A stretch of DNA of 64,000 nucleotides from a virus: IMG/VR virus record IMGVR_UViG_3300042691_018174; one strand, 5' to 3'. Of this stretch, positions 38,331 to 48,462 are shown in pieces (the first letter of the stretch is position 1; each line of letters begins with the position of its first letter). The position numbers and the translations under genes were made by a program. The notes below the pieces were generated by a model. That model did not search any database. It saw only the letters and a list, made by a program, of their open reading frames with translations, and had not been told where the DNA came from.

Positions 38331-39503
38331 ATGAATATTGAAGATTATTTGATGTTATTTTCTGCTCATATAAAACCGAGCAGCCACGATCATAATATTT
38401 GTTATAGCTTAGGTTATCAAGTTATGATGGGTAAGGCTTTGACTGAAAAACAATCAATCATTGCAGTCAGACTTGTCAAGAAATATCAAAATCAATTTTT
38501 AAAATTAGGGTATTCAGATGTTCTTTCGGATATTGAATCTCCCAAATTCAAATATCCTTTTAGATATGTGGACAATCAAAAGTCCGTTTCAATTTCTAAA
38601 GAATCTATTGTTGTTAAATTTCCGTTTGACCAAGACATTGTAAATCAAATTAGAGAATTAACTGTAAAATCTAGTTTTATAAAACCACAGTGGAACGCCG
38701 AAGAAAAATATTGGGGGTTAGATCTCAATGAAGAAAGTTTGAAGTTTGTTAGATTAGAATTAGTAAAAAAAGGATTTCAAATATCCGATGAAGTGAATGA
38801 TCTCTTGTCTCAATTTGATGAGATAGAAAATAATTTAGAAAATCATATTCCTATGATAGTTAAAGAAAGTAATTATTATAAGGTTATAAATTGCAACAAT
38901 ACGATTGAAGATCAAAATCTGGAAACTGTTCTGATGCATTCTTTAAAATGCGGTGTTAATACTTACGATGAAGAAGTCCTAACTGATATTAAGAATCTAG
39001 TAACAATAGATCCTATGATGGCTGTCTTCCAAAATACTGATTGTAACAACTTTCATGTTAACAGTCGAAAATTTTCTAAAGAAGATATTATAACTTTTTT
39101 AATAAAAACAGAATTAAATGTTGCATTCTTTTTTGATGATTCCTGTGACGAAGAGCATTTCTATTCTTGGGTCTCAGAATTTAAAAAGATAGATGATTTA
39201 TCTAATAAAATTGGCGCATATTTTAGAAAAAATAATTCATTAGATGATTCAGCGAAGACATTTAATAGTATTATTAAAGAAAACAAATTAAACAAAGAAG
39301 CCAATGATCCCAATGTTGAATGGTTCCTTTTAAGTTCTAAATTTCCAAAAAGTCTAGTTAAACACAATAAAAAGCCAGACATATGTGTTTTTATTAATAA
39401 ATTGATATCAACCCATTATACAGTTATGTCTTGCTTCAAAAATTGTACTATAAACTTTGTTTATACTGATCAATCTTTCGGAGAAAAAATTGTCGAATTG
39501 TAA
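38331..39503 (+). CDS. hypothetical protein with HARP-like domain
   Basis: VKFPFDQDIVNQIR...WNAEEKYW. Confidence 0.55.
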   Translation: MNIEDYLMLFSAHIKPSSHDHNICYSLGYQVMMGKALTEKQSIIAVRLVKKYQNQFLKLGYSDVLSDIESPKFKYPFRYVDNQKSVSISKESIVVKFPFDQDIVNQIRELTVKSSFIKPQWNAEEKYWGLDLNEESLKFVRLELVKKGFQISDEVNDLLSQFDEIENNLENHIPMIVKESNYYKVINCNNTIEDQNLETVLMHSLKCGVNTYDEEVLTDIKNLVTIDPMMAVFQNTDCNNFHVNSRKFSKEDIITFLIKTELNVAFFFDDSCDEEHFYSWVSEFKKIDDLSNKIGAYFRKNNSLDDSAKTFNSIIKENKLNKEANDPNVEWFLLSSKFPKSLVKHNKKPDICVFINKLISTHYTVMSCFKNCTINFVYTDQSFGEKIVEL

Positions 39504-40947
39504 AATAATTTTGAAAGACGAGGTCAATGTTAAAATAGAGAATCTTGATTTAGATACTAGAAAAAAACTAGTTTCTAAATTCAAATATGAATTACCCTAT
39601 GCAAGACATATGCCTGCATTTAAATTAGGTAGGTGGGATGGAACTGTTAGTTTTTTTGGTCTCGGTGGCACCACATACCTTAGTATGCTAGATAGAGTGC
39701 TACCTATTTTAGAGAGTGAAGGTTATGATATTCAGTTAGAAGATTTACGAATACATAATGCTTTAGAGTTTGATAAGGTAGATGAAAATTACTGGGCAGA
39801 TCAAGGAAAAACATGGCCAAAAGGCCATCCTAAAGAAGGTCAACCAATTATACTTAGAGATTATCAACCAGATGCAATCAATAGATTTTTAGAAAATCCA
39901 CAGAGTATACAAGAACTTGCTACAGGTGCAGGTAAGACTATTATGACAGCTACATTAAGTCATCTCTGTGAAAAATATGGAAGAACTATGGTCATAGTTC
40001 CAAATAAAAGTCTCGTAGAACAAACCGAAGAAGATTATGTTAATGTAGGCCTAGACGTTGGTGTTTATTACGGTGACAGAAAAGATTTGAATAAGACGCA
40101 CACTATTTGTACTTGGCAAAGTTTGAATATTTTAGAAAAAACTGGCAAGTCTAATGATGATGCTATGAAACTAATAGAATTTATTGACGGAGTCAGTTGT
40201 ATTATAGTAGATGAAGTACACATGGCTAAGGCAGATGTTTTAAAGAATTTGTTAACAGGTGCATTTGCACATTGCCCTATACGTTGGGGATTGACCGGAA
40301 CTATACCAAAAGCTGATTATGAATTTGAGGGCATAAAAGCAAGTTTGGGTCCAGTAGTCGGACAACTGGCAGCACATGAACTGCAAGAAGCAGGGCATTT
40401 AGCAAATTGTCATGTTAATATTATACAGACACAAGAATGGAAAGAATTTGGAAATTATGCTGAAGAATTAAAATATCTTGTAACTGATTCTGATAGAATG
40501 ACCTATATTACTAGTATTGTGAAGACAATTTCTGAATCTGGGAACACATTAGTTCTAGTAGATAGAATTGAATCAGGAAACTTTTTAAATTCTAAAATTG
40601 ATGACTGCGTGTTCATCAATGGAAGCGTAAAAACCAAAGACAGGAAAGAAGAATATGACGAAGTTAAAACGAGTGATAACAAGATTATTGTGGCGACTTA
40701 TGGTGTGGCCGCTGTGGGTATTAATATCCCTAGGATTTTTAATCTGGTTCTTTTGGAACCCGGAAAGAGCTTTGTTAGGGTTATACAAAGTATTGGACGA
40801 GGCATTAGGAAAGCAGAAGACAAAGACTTCGTACAAATCTGGGACTTAACAGCCAGCACGAAATATGCTAAGAGACATTTGACCGAACGTAAAAAGTTTT
40901 ATAAAGAGGCCAAATATCCATTTACAATTGACAAGGTGAAATATTAA
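39490..40947 (+). CDS. uvsW: SF2 DNA helicase
   Basis: LRDYQ, ATGAGKT, DEVH, TGT, QSIGRGIR; TTG start after GGAGA. Confidence 0.93.
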   Translation: MSNCKIILKDEVNVKIENLDLDTRKKLVSKFKYELPYARHMPAFKLGRWDGTVSFFGLGGTTYLSMLDRVLPILESEGYDIQLEDLRIHNALEFDKVDENYWADQGKTWPKGHPKEGQPIILRDYQPDAINRFLENPQSIQELATGAGKTIMTATLSHLCEKYGRTMVIVPNKSLVEQTEEDYVNVGLDVGVYYGDRKDLNKTHTICTWQSLNILEKTGKSNDDAMKLIEFIDGVSCIIVDEVHMAKADVLKNLLTGAFAHCPIRWGLTGTIPKADYEFEGIKASLGPVVGQLAAHELQEAGHLANCHVNIIQTQEWKEFGNYAEELKYLVTDSDRMTYITSIVKTISESGNTLVLVDRIESGNFLNSKIDDCVFINGSVKTKDRKEEYDEVKTSDNKIIVATYGVAAVGINIPRIFNLVLLEPGKSFVRVIQSIGRGIRKAEDKDFVQIWDLTASTKYAKRHLTERKKFYKEAKYPFTIDKVKY

Positions 40948-40948
40948 G

Positions 40949-41455
40949 ATGCAAATATTAACATTAAGAGATGAAGCGTTTAGTCTAAATGACTTACCCG
41001 AAGAAGTTGATGAGGATTGTAGGTTCGCTGTTTTAGATAACAGCGATCCTCAAAATCCAGACTATTTCTTTCAACCATTGATATTTTTAGAAAGTTTTAC
41101 AAGCCCAGCCGCAGTCCTACAGATTGGTCCTTGGCAAATACAAATGCCATTAGATTGGTGTATGATTGTAGGGGATCCTGAATGTTCTGGAGAGTTAGAG
41201 GTACTGCCTATCACTAGTTTAAATGACAGAGGATTTAGTGCTTATACATTTAACCCTTTGAGTAGTTTTAAACCAGAGTTCCATCCAGTAGATATTGTAA
41301 ATGTATATCAGGATGTGAAGTGGTATTTTCCAAAGATGAGATTAGGACAATTACTAGCGACTCCATTATTTCAAGGTAAAAAACCAGATTGTGCTTATTT
41401 TGTAAAAGAAGTGAGCAGACAAAGTGAAATTTTAGATTTTTCTAAATGTTGGTGA
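40949..41455 (+). CDS. hypothetical protein (possible degenerate Hint fold)
   Basis: 168-aa beta-rich ORF coupled to uvsW. Confidence 0.7.
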   Translation: MQILTLRDEAFSLNDLPEEVDEDCRFAVLDNSDPQNPDYFFQPLIFLESFTSPAAVLQIGPWQIQMPLDWCMIVGDPECSGELEVLPITSLNDRGFSAYTFNPLSSFKPEFHPVDIVNVYQDVKWYFPKMRLGQLLATPLFQGKKPDCAYFVKEVSRQSEILDFSKCW

Positions 41456-41461
41456 GGACAT

Positions 41462-41728
41462 ATGGGAACTTTAAAACCTGGAGCAACATATATCTATGAA
41501 AAGGCTGACGGCATAACTTATGCTAGAGAATTTGGTGCAGAGCCGTCCGAAAGAAGAATAATTGGTTGGGATAGTAGAACCAGTGACGGTAGATCACTGC
41601 ACGATCATATAATGGAAGATAAGATGTGGGGAGAAATGCGTCGTATGGCTAAAACCAATCCTGCTTTACAACATGCCCTAGATCAGTGTATAATAATTTA
41701 TAATTTGAGTAAAGACCATGGCACTTGA
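41462..41728 (+). CDS. hypothetical protein
   Basis: GAGGA RBS; YIYEK.DG.TYARE. Confidence 0.75.
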   Translation: MGTLKPGATYIYEKADGITYAREFGAEPSERRIIGWDSRTSDGRSLHDHIMEDKMWGEMRRMAKTNPALQHALDQCIIIYNLSKDHGT

Positions 41729-42173
41729 TATTAAACGAGAATTGTCAGCAGTAGATCTTCGGGATAAAAATTTTTATAGCAATCTTACTGAGGAAGAACA
41801 AAAAGAATTTAATCCTTATATATTAATGAGATTTGTCAGCAATGTAGATGGCAACGCTGATTTGCAAGAATGGTTCGTGCTAATGACTAATGAACTAATC
41901 AATAAAAATCATTGGCAGTTTAGTAAAAATCATAAAGGCTTACTTTGGAAATTATATTCAGGAGTTGGTGCAGGATTTAAAGTATACCACTCTTATCTTG
42001 CAGCCGGTAAAGCTGAAAAAGCAAATAAAATTGAAAAATTGATAGCAGAACTCAATCCTACAATGAAAATGAGTGATGTAAAACTATTAACAAGCCTAAT
42101 GGATAAAAATGACATCGAAGATCTTTTTAACAAGCTGGGGTACGACAAAAAGCAAAGAAAAGCGTATGAGTAA
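41718..42173 (+). CDS. gp62: clamp loader small subunit-like protein
   Basis: FNPYILMRFVS...NE.IN pattern resembling T4-like gp62. Confidence 0.55.
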   Translation: MALDIKRELSAVDLRDKNFYSNLTEEEQKEFNPYILMRFVSNVDGNADLQEWFVLMTNELINKNHWQFSKNHKGLLWKLYSGVGAGFKVYHSYLAAGKAEKANKIEKLIAELNPTMKMSDVKLLTSLMDKNDIEDLFNKLGYDKKQRKAYE

Positions 42174-42846
42174 CTATGAGTGCGTACATTGTGGCAGAAC
42201 ATATTCTAAAGAAAGTACTTTAGTTGCCCATATGTGCGAACAAAAAAGACGTGCTCTACAAAAAGATGAAAAAAGAGTGCAAGCAGGATACATGGCATAT
42301 AATAGGTTCTACAGACTTACACAAAATGCTAAAAAAGACAAAACATATGATGAATTTTGTAAAAGCCCATACTACAACGCATTTGTAAAATTTGGTAGCT
42401 TTATTAATAATATCAATCCATTATATCCAGATAAGTTTATCGACTTTGTCATTAAATCTGGGGTGAAGTTGGATCATTGGTGTCGAGATGAATTATATGA
42501 CACATATCTTTCAGAAATGATTAAAGTCGAACCAGCAGATGCTGCCATACAAAGAACTCTCAATACTATGATGGAATGGGCAGAAGAGCAAAGTGCAAAT
42601 TTTGCTCATTACTTCGATTATGTAAATTTAAACCGAGCAGTATATCATATTTCGAATGGAATGATAAGTCCTTGGATATTGCTTAATACTGATTCTGGTA
42701 AGTCATTATTATCAAAATTAAATGATGAACAATTAACAATAATTGGCGACAAAGTTGATCCTCTATATTGGGTTAAGAGATTTAAAACTTATCCTAGTGA
42801 AATTGTGTTAGTTAAAGAAATATGTAAAGAAATTGGATTAAAATAA
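42166..42846 (+). CDS. C2H2/C2HC zinc-finger protein
   Basis: YECVHCGRTYSKESTLVAHMC; TAATG-coupled to the next gene. Confidence 0.75.
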   Translation: MSNYECVHCGRTYSKESTLVAHMCEQKRRALQKDEKRVQAGYMAYNRFYRLTQNAKKDKTYDEFCKSPYYNAFVKFGSFINNINPLYPDKFIDFVIKSGVKLDHWCRDELYDTYLSEMIKVEPADAAIQRTLNTMMEWAEEQSANFAHYFDYVNLNRAVYHISNGMISPWILLNTDSGKSLLSKLNDEQLTIIGDKVDPLYWVKRFKTYPSEIVLVKEICKEIGLK

Positions 42847-43424
42847 TGCCTGACATAGACATTGATTTTTATGACAGAGAATCTGCTTTAAAAATTATAA
42901 AGCATATTCCTGCTTCTAGATATGAAAATAATGAATTAAAGAAGCATAATACTGGCATATATCTTCATCAAATTCCTGTAGATAAAATTAATAATATGTC
43001 AAGTATTGATTATGACGTTGCAGAAGATCGTGGATATTTTAAAATAGATTTTTTAAATGTAAGTCTTTATAAAGATATAAAGAATGAAGAACACTTGCAA
43101 CAACTAATGAATCAGGAGCCGTTATGGGATCTATTGGAACAAGAAGAGTTCAGCAAAATGTTGTTTCACGTCGGAGGTCACGGGTCTATCTTAAAAATGA
43201 TGAAGCCCCAGAATGTAGAACAGTTAGCAGCAGTATTGGCTATGATACGCCCTGCGAAGAGGAATTTGATTGGACTACCATGGGATACGGTGATGACACA
43301 AGTGTGGATACGCCCTGAAAACGACGATTACTTTTTTAAGAAAAGTCATGCAATAGCATACGCAGTCGCAGTAGTAGTTCAAATGAATTTAATATGTGAA
43401 AAAATTAGTTACGGATTTTCTTAA
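42846..43424 (+). CDS. miniature C-family (DnaE-like) DNA polymerase catalytic core
   Basis: PDIDID, KHNTG, KIDFL, AMIRP, YFFKKSHAIAY in DnaE order within 192 aa. Confidence 0.85.
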   Translation: MPDIDIDFYDRESALKIIKHIPASRYENNELKKHNTGIYLHQIPVDKINNMSSIDYDVAEDRGYFKIDFLNVSLYKDIKNEEHLQQLMNQEPLWDLLEQEEFSKMLFHVGGHGSILKMMKPQNVEQLAAVLAMIRPAKRNLIGLPWDTVMTQVWIRPENDDYFFKKSHAIAYAVAVVVQMNLICEKISYGFS

Positions 43425-43794
43425 CAGCTCTTACTAACTGAATACTTTTTCTTTTAACCCGTTTCTCGGCTATCTCATTTAGATTTACTATAGGGCCAAA
43501 AACATGCTCAACATCTTTACTATTCAAAGTTTTTATATACTTTTTGTAGTCTATGAGCTCGCCTTTGAGGAATATGTTGATTGGGATTTTTCTGTTACTT
43601 TCCCACCACCATTGTTCCCCTAAATCTAGGAAATTTTGACGAAGAGCGTTGTCCACTATGGCTGCAAGGTCATATATGCTTGTAACGCTTTCATTTTGAT
43701 TGATTATGATCCCTACGATTTCAATATCATTGCATCGTATGCAGGTCAGAAACGGAAATGTTGTTTTTAATAATTCGTTGACTTGTTTCACCAT
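43405..43794 (-). CDS. hypothetical protein
   Basis: 129 aa, WWWESNRKIPINIFL. Confidence 0.75.
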   Translation of the reverse strand: MVKQVNELLKTTFPFLTCIRCNDIEIVGIIINQNESVTSIYDLAAIVDNALRQNFLDLGEQWWWESNRKIPINIFLKGELIDYKKYIKTLNSKDVEHVFGPIVNLNEIAEKRVKRKSIQLVRAVKKIRN

Positions 43795-43804
43795 TGTTTA
43801 TCGA

Positions 43805-43810
43805 TAAATA
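43805..43810 (+). promoter_or_regulatory. late promoter core TAAATA, 5 nt before ATG
   Basis: ATAAATA-TTAGT-ATG. Confidence 0.7.
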
Positions 43811-43815
43811 TTAGT

Positions 43816-44592
43816 ATGTTGAATTTACCAGTCTATTTATATACACCAGCCATCCGAGTTTTCGTAGATTTGGAAAATTCTACCAGGAGAGGGGTAGAGC
43901 AAATGTACCATGGATATGCAACCATAGCAAAGGGGTTGAAAAATACCTTAAAATTTGTATTTTTAAACGGAGATCAAAGGCCTATAGATGTTAGTTCTAA
44001 AACCTTTGTTTTTAAAGTATTTGATAGATATACAAATAATGAAGTTTTAGAAGAGAGTTTAACCATTATTGATGACGGCACTAACTATAATGTTCGTGGC
44101 CTAGCGTCTGTGACTTTGAGCGGCATAGATACAAGGAACTTAACTACTGGGTTATATAATTACTCAATTTTAGAAGTAGACGGCGCTCAACTAACTGCAT
44201 CATATATTGACGGCTCATATTCTATGAGTGGTAATTTGGAAATCACTGATGGTGTTGTGCCAAAACGTATTCCCAGTGAACAATTAACATTTACTGAAAC
44301 TCAAAATCAACTGTTTACTGCTGGCCCCATAGCTGCCAACAGAGATGGAAAAGGCAATAATCTTTTACATACATTTCAAATTTATTTTACCAATTTTACC
44401 GGATCTTTAGTAATCAAAGGAACTATGGAGAACGATCCGACATTATCATATGTAAACATACAGACACTTAACTATACCAATCAAAATGGTACGCTATCAA
44501 TAAACTTAACTGATATGCGTAATATCAATTACTTCAAATTTGAATATACTAGAACCTCTGGTTCAATTGACAAAATACTCTTTAGAAGTTAA
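43816..44592 (+). CDS. putative virion protein (BppU N-terminal-like)
   Basis: Beta-rich; N.DQRPID, GLYNYSI; late promoter. Confidence 0.5.
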   Translation: MLNLPVYLYTPAIRVFVDLENSTRRGVEQMYHGYATIAKGLKNTLKFVFLNGDQRPIDVSSKTFVFKVFDRYTNNEVLEESLTIIDDGTNYNVRGLASVTLSGIDTRNLTTGLYNYSILEVDGAQLTASYIDGSYSMSGNLEITDGVVPKRIPSEQLTFTETQNQLFTAGPIAANRDGKGNNLLHTFQIYFTNFTGSLVIKGTMENDPTLSYVNIQTLNYTNQNGTLSINLTDMRNINYFKFEYTRTSGSIDKILFRS

Positions 44593-44595
44593 AAT
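44567..44595 (+). promoter_or_regulatory. sigma70 promoter for primase, probably leaderless
   Basis: TTGACA-17-TAAAAT, ATG 7 nt later. Confidence 0.75.
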
Positions 44596-44602
44596 ATAAT
44601 GT

Positions 44603-45586
44603 ATGAGTCAACTGCAAATAGAACTGCTTTCCTACCTACCTTTTAAAAGAAAGCAGACTCTTTCTGGATGGTTGAGTTTTGATGCACCTTGCTGTGTACA
44701 TAATGGTGAAAGCGCAGATACTAGACAGCGTGGCGGATTTATCAATCATGCCGTAGAAGGATTTAGCTACCATTGTTTCAATTGCGGATTTAAAACTAGT
44801 TGGCAATCTGGAAGACAGCTATCAATAAAAAATAAAAAATTTTTTAATTGGTTGGGAGTTCCAGATCATAAAATTAATGAGTGGAGCATCGAGGCACTAA
44901 AGCTATTAGATAACTCAGATTCAAAAAAGAAAGAATATAAAGAGTTCTTAGAAAAAGCATTGCCCATAGACAGCATACCATTAAAAGATGCTATATTAAA
45001 ATATCAAGAAGCTATAGAATGTTTAGAATATGTACTAAACAGAGGTTTAGATTTAGAAACTATAGACTGGCATTATTGTCCTTTACCAGGATACAAAGAT
45101 AGAATCATTATACCATTTAACCATTCTAAAAAATTAGTAGGGTATACTGCTAGGAAAATAAAATCAGGTTCTCCGAAATATCTAAGTGAGAGTCAAAGTG
45201 GGTATGTCTTTAATGTAGATAATCAGAGCTATAAAAGCAAAGTAGTATTTGTAACTGAAGGACCCTTTGATGCACTGGCAGTAAATGGAGTTGGTATTCT
45301 TACTAACATTCCAAATGAACAACAAACTGCTATTATCAATAGTTTAGGTAAGACTGTAATAGTAATTCCAGATAGAGACTACCCAGGTATGAGTTTAGTT
45401 GAATACGCTATGGAAAATGATTGGCTAGTTTCTATACCAAATTGGGAAGAGAGTATTAAAGATGTCAGTGAAGCTGTGGAAAAATATGGTAAGTTATTTG
45501 TAATCAAAAATGCCTTAGACACTGCTACAGATAACAAAATAAAAATAGAATTGTTTATGAAAAAACATCCAAAGGAGGCAGCATGA
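44603..45586 (+). CDS. gp61: DNA primase
   Basis: Zn ribbon (PCC...YHCFNCG), TOPRIM TEGPFDA and PDRD. Confidence 0.9.
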   Translation: MSQLQIELLSYLPFKRKQTLSGWLSFDAPCCVHNGESADTRQRGGFINHAVEGFSYHCFNCGFKTSWQSGRQLSIKNKKFFNWLGVPDHKINEWSIEALKLLDNSDSKKKEYKEFLEKALPIDSIPLKDAILKYQEAIECLEYVLNRGLDLETIDWHYCPLPGYKDRIIIPFNHSKKLVGYTARKIKSGSPKYLSESQSGYVFNVDNQSYKSKVVFVTEGPFDALAVNGVGILTNIPNEQQTAIINSLGKTVIVIPDRDYPGMSLVEYAMENDWLVSIPNWEESIKDVSEAVEKYGKLFVIKNALDTATDNKIKIELFMKKHPKEAA

Positions 45587-45771
45587 AAGAAGTAAGACCT
45601 TATACTAGATGGATTGATAATCAAGGTAAAAAAATTTTAGTAATTGCGGTAGTAGAATTGGATAAACGTACATGGGTTTATTTTAGAACGATGATTACTG
45701 ATGATGAAAGTCATGGAGAAGAAAGTTGCTATCTAGAAACTTTTATAGAAAGATTTAAAGAAGATATATAA
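45583..45771 (+). CDS. hypothetical protein
   Basis: GGAGG RBS, ATGA overlap. Confidence 0.7.
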   Translation: MKEVRPYTRWIDNQGKKILVIAVVELDKRTWVYFRTMITDDESHGEESCYLETFIERFKEDI

Positions 45772-45775
45772 CAAT

Positions 45776-47221
45776 ATGAATAAAACTAATTACGGCTTTG
45801 ATATACAAAAACTTTATCTAGAAATGTTCTTGAGTGATGCAGAAACATTTGTTAGATGTCAGAACATTTTTGATTCAGAAAATTTTGATAAGAAGCTTAG
45901 AGATTCGGCAGATTTTATTAATACATATGTAGACAAATACAAGATCATGCCTGAACTAGAAATAGTTAACACTAGTTGTAGTTCAGATTTTAAAGATGTA
46001 TCAGACTTACCAAAAGAAAATTATGAATGGTTGTTGGATGAGTTTGAAAGATTCAGTAGACATAAAGCACTAGAAAGAGCAATTATTAAAAGTGCTGATC
46101 TTCTGGAAAAAGGGGAGTTTGGTCCTGTAGAGATTATGATCAAGCAGGCTGTACAGATTAGTCTCAATAAAGACATGGGAACAGACTATTTTGAAGACCC
46201 ACGTGGTCGTTTGATGGGTCTTAAAGACAAAAATGGACAAGTGAGCACAGGATGGCCAGTATTCGACAAGAAGTTATTTGGAGGTTTCAACAGGGGAGAA
46301 CTGAATATCTTTGCCGGGGGATCGGGGGCAGGGAAGAGCTTATTTTTACAGAATTTAGCCATAAACTTCAGTCAGGCGAACTTAAACGTATTATACGTTA
46401 CTCTGGAATTGAGCGAACAGCTAGTAGCTATGAGATTAGATTCTATGATGACTGGTTTGCCGACACGAGAGATATTTAAAAGTATTGATGATGTTGAATT
46501 AAAAGTTAAAATGGCAGGAAAAAGCCAAGGAGCAATACAAGTAAAATATATGCCTTCTGGAAAGAATATTAATGATCTACGGGCATATATCAAAGAGTAT
46601 CAAGTGAAGAAAGGGCATAAGCCTGATGTTGTATTAATTGACTATTTAGATTTGATGATGCCGATCAGTGTTAAGGTCAGTCCCAGTGACTTGTTTGTTA
46701 AAGACAAATATGTATCAGAAGAAATTCGAAACTTTGCTATGGAACAACAATGTGTATGCGTCACTGCATCTCAATTAAATCGTAGTGCTGTTGAAGAAAT
46801 TGAATTTGATCACAGTCATATCAGTGGAGGATTAAGTAAGATCCAAACAGCTGATAACGTCATAGGCATCTTTACCAGTCGTGCTATGCGTGAACGTGGT
46901 AGATATCAAATACAGTTTATGAAAACACGTAGTAGCAGTGCTGTAGGTCAAAAGATAGATTTAGATTTTAATCTTGATAGTTTACGTATCACTGATCCAG
47001 GAGAAGATGGTGACGAGTCTAGCTTTAGTCAAGGCGGAGGAAGACCACAACCTAGTTCCGGAACTGCAAGTATACTTGACAATCTTAAAAAGTCCAGCAC
47101 AGTAATAGATAAAGAAGATAGAGAACCTTCTGAAGGAGTTACTGCTGGAAAAATTAAAGGCAAATTAGACGGCAGTCGTATTAGAGAAATGTTGGCAAAT
47201 ATTAACAGCGAACGAGATTAA
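45776..47221 (+). CDS. gp41: replicative DnaB-like helicase
   Basis: GGSGAGKS, TLELSE, IDYLDL, TASQLNR, KTR. Confidence 0.95.
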   Translation: MNKTNYGFDIQKLYLEMFLSDAETFVRCQNIFDSENFDKKLRDSADFINTYVDKYKIMPELEIVNTSCSSDFKDVSDLPKENYEWLLDEFERFSRHKALERAIIKSADLLEKGEFGPVEIMIKQAVQISLNKDMGTDYFEDPRGRLMGLKDKNGQVSTGWPVFDKKLFGGFNRGELNIFAGGSGAGKSLFLQNLAINFSQANLNVLYVTLELSEQLVAMRLDSMMTGLPTREIFKSIDDVELKVKMAGKSQGAIQVKYMPSGKNINDLRAYIKEYQVKKGHKPDVVLIDYLDLMMPISVKVSPSDLFVKDKYVSEEIRNFAMEQQCVCVTASQLNRSAVEEIEFDHSHISGGLSKIQTADNVIGIFTSRAMRERGRYQIQFMKTRSSSAVGQKIDLDFNLDSLRITDPGEDGDESSFSQGGGRPQPSSGTASILDNLKKSSTVIDKEDREPSEGVTAGKIKGKLDGSRIREMLANINSERD

Positions 47222-48447
47222 TCAAATTGATTATAAAGTTTTGTATTGGCTAGCTGGTCTAAAAATTCTTTTTTATCTTTTTGCCATTGATCCTCTGTAC
47301 CAAGCCAGTGTGAATCGGTAGACATTGATCTCTTCTTTCCACCTTTTTTGTATGTGCCAAAACGTATTCCAGACACCAAAAATTTTCCTGTAGGTTTTCC
47401 ATCATCGTCAGTTTCTGGAATTTTGTAAACTGTGTAAGGTCCAACTTTTTCCATCTCGCCAGGCGCACCATACGAGAAATTGACATTTTGAAATCTGTCA
47501 TGATCTAATTCATCGTAACTATGGAAAATATCTGCACCACTCTTTGATTTGTATGCAGATTTGATAGAATTGGATCCTTTTTTACGGTCACGTCCAAGTG
47601 CAGCCAATGCCTCCACTCCTCTACCATGAACCTCTTTATCTATTTCTGGTCTAGCGCCAGGATGCTCTACTGGTCCTAAAACATTTTTACTATGATCATG
47701 AGGACTATCTACAGTCAAATCTACGCCAGTATTATAACCTGCTCTGTTGACATCACGTGCCATGTGAATATTAAATGACACATTTTTATCTGTTGCATCT
47801 GGAAAATAATATTTCAAACTTCGTGCAATGTCTGCATCACTGTGGCCAGATTTAACTAAGAAACTAGCTACACCGTCCATTTTATCGCCGTATCCATGAA
47901 ATTTATCCAAAGGAGGTATTGGTAAAACATCTTGAGGAGCTTTAGAATCATGTACTCCTTTATGCCAGTTACCAGTAAGAACACTGCCATTAGGTAATTG
48001 TACCAAAGTGCCATCACCTGAATAACGGAACGGAGCATCTAGTATTCCTGGTTTATCATCGTGATACCCAGTTGCTCTACGTACTTCGTCTGGAATAGAA
48101 ACTAGCACCTGACCTGCATATTTGCTGTCCATTTGTTTTCTTGCTCGCGCATAACCTGGTTGTTTGTCAGCGTCCCATGCTTCTGGATTGGTAATGATAG
48201 CATTTCCTTGGATCTTACCAGCACCTCGATATCCACCGGGGGGTTCTTTTCTTTCTTCTCCAGGATTATGCCAAGCTCGATGCCATGCCTGTTCAGGCTG
48301 TTTTGTTGTTGCATCAACCGCGTCTGCGTTTTTAGTAATAAGTGATGAATTTGGAACTTTGGCAGTATTAGTAGGTTCAGCACCTTGAGCTACGGGTCGT
48401 TCTGATTCTAATTCTTCAAGAATATTTAAAATGTCTCGTATATTCAT
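47218..48447 (-). CDS. hypothetical protein (possible internal head protein)
   Basis: 409 aa, MNIRDILNILEE start, TAAATA (48455-60) 7 nt upstream. Confidence 0.65.
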   Translation of the reverse strand: MNIRDILNILEELESERPVAQGAEPTNTAKVPNSSLITKNADAVDATTKQPEQAWHRAWHNPGEERKEPPGGYRGAGKIQGNAIITNPEAWDADKQPGYARARKQMDSKYAGQVLVSIPDEVRRATGYHDDKPGILDAPFRYSGDGTLVQLPNGSVLTGNWHKGVHDSKAPQDVLPIPPLDKFHGYGDKMDGVASFLVKSGHSDADIARSLKYYFPDATDKNVSFNIHMARDVNRAGYNTGVDLTVDSPHDHSKNVLGPVEHPGARPEIDKEVHGRGVEALAALGRDRKKGSNSIKSAYKSKSGADIFHSYDELDHDRFQNVNFSYGAPGEMEKVGPYTVYKIPETDDDGKPTGKFLVSGIRFGTYKKGGKKRSMSTDSHWLGTEDQWQKDKKEFLDQLANTKLYNQFD

Positions 48448-48462
48448 AATTTAATATTTATT

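Noticed and set aside
30694-47221. Inteins or introns in terminase, UvsX, UvsW or helicase; stop-codon reassignment
   Set aside because: Genes are of normal length and uninterrupted under the standard code
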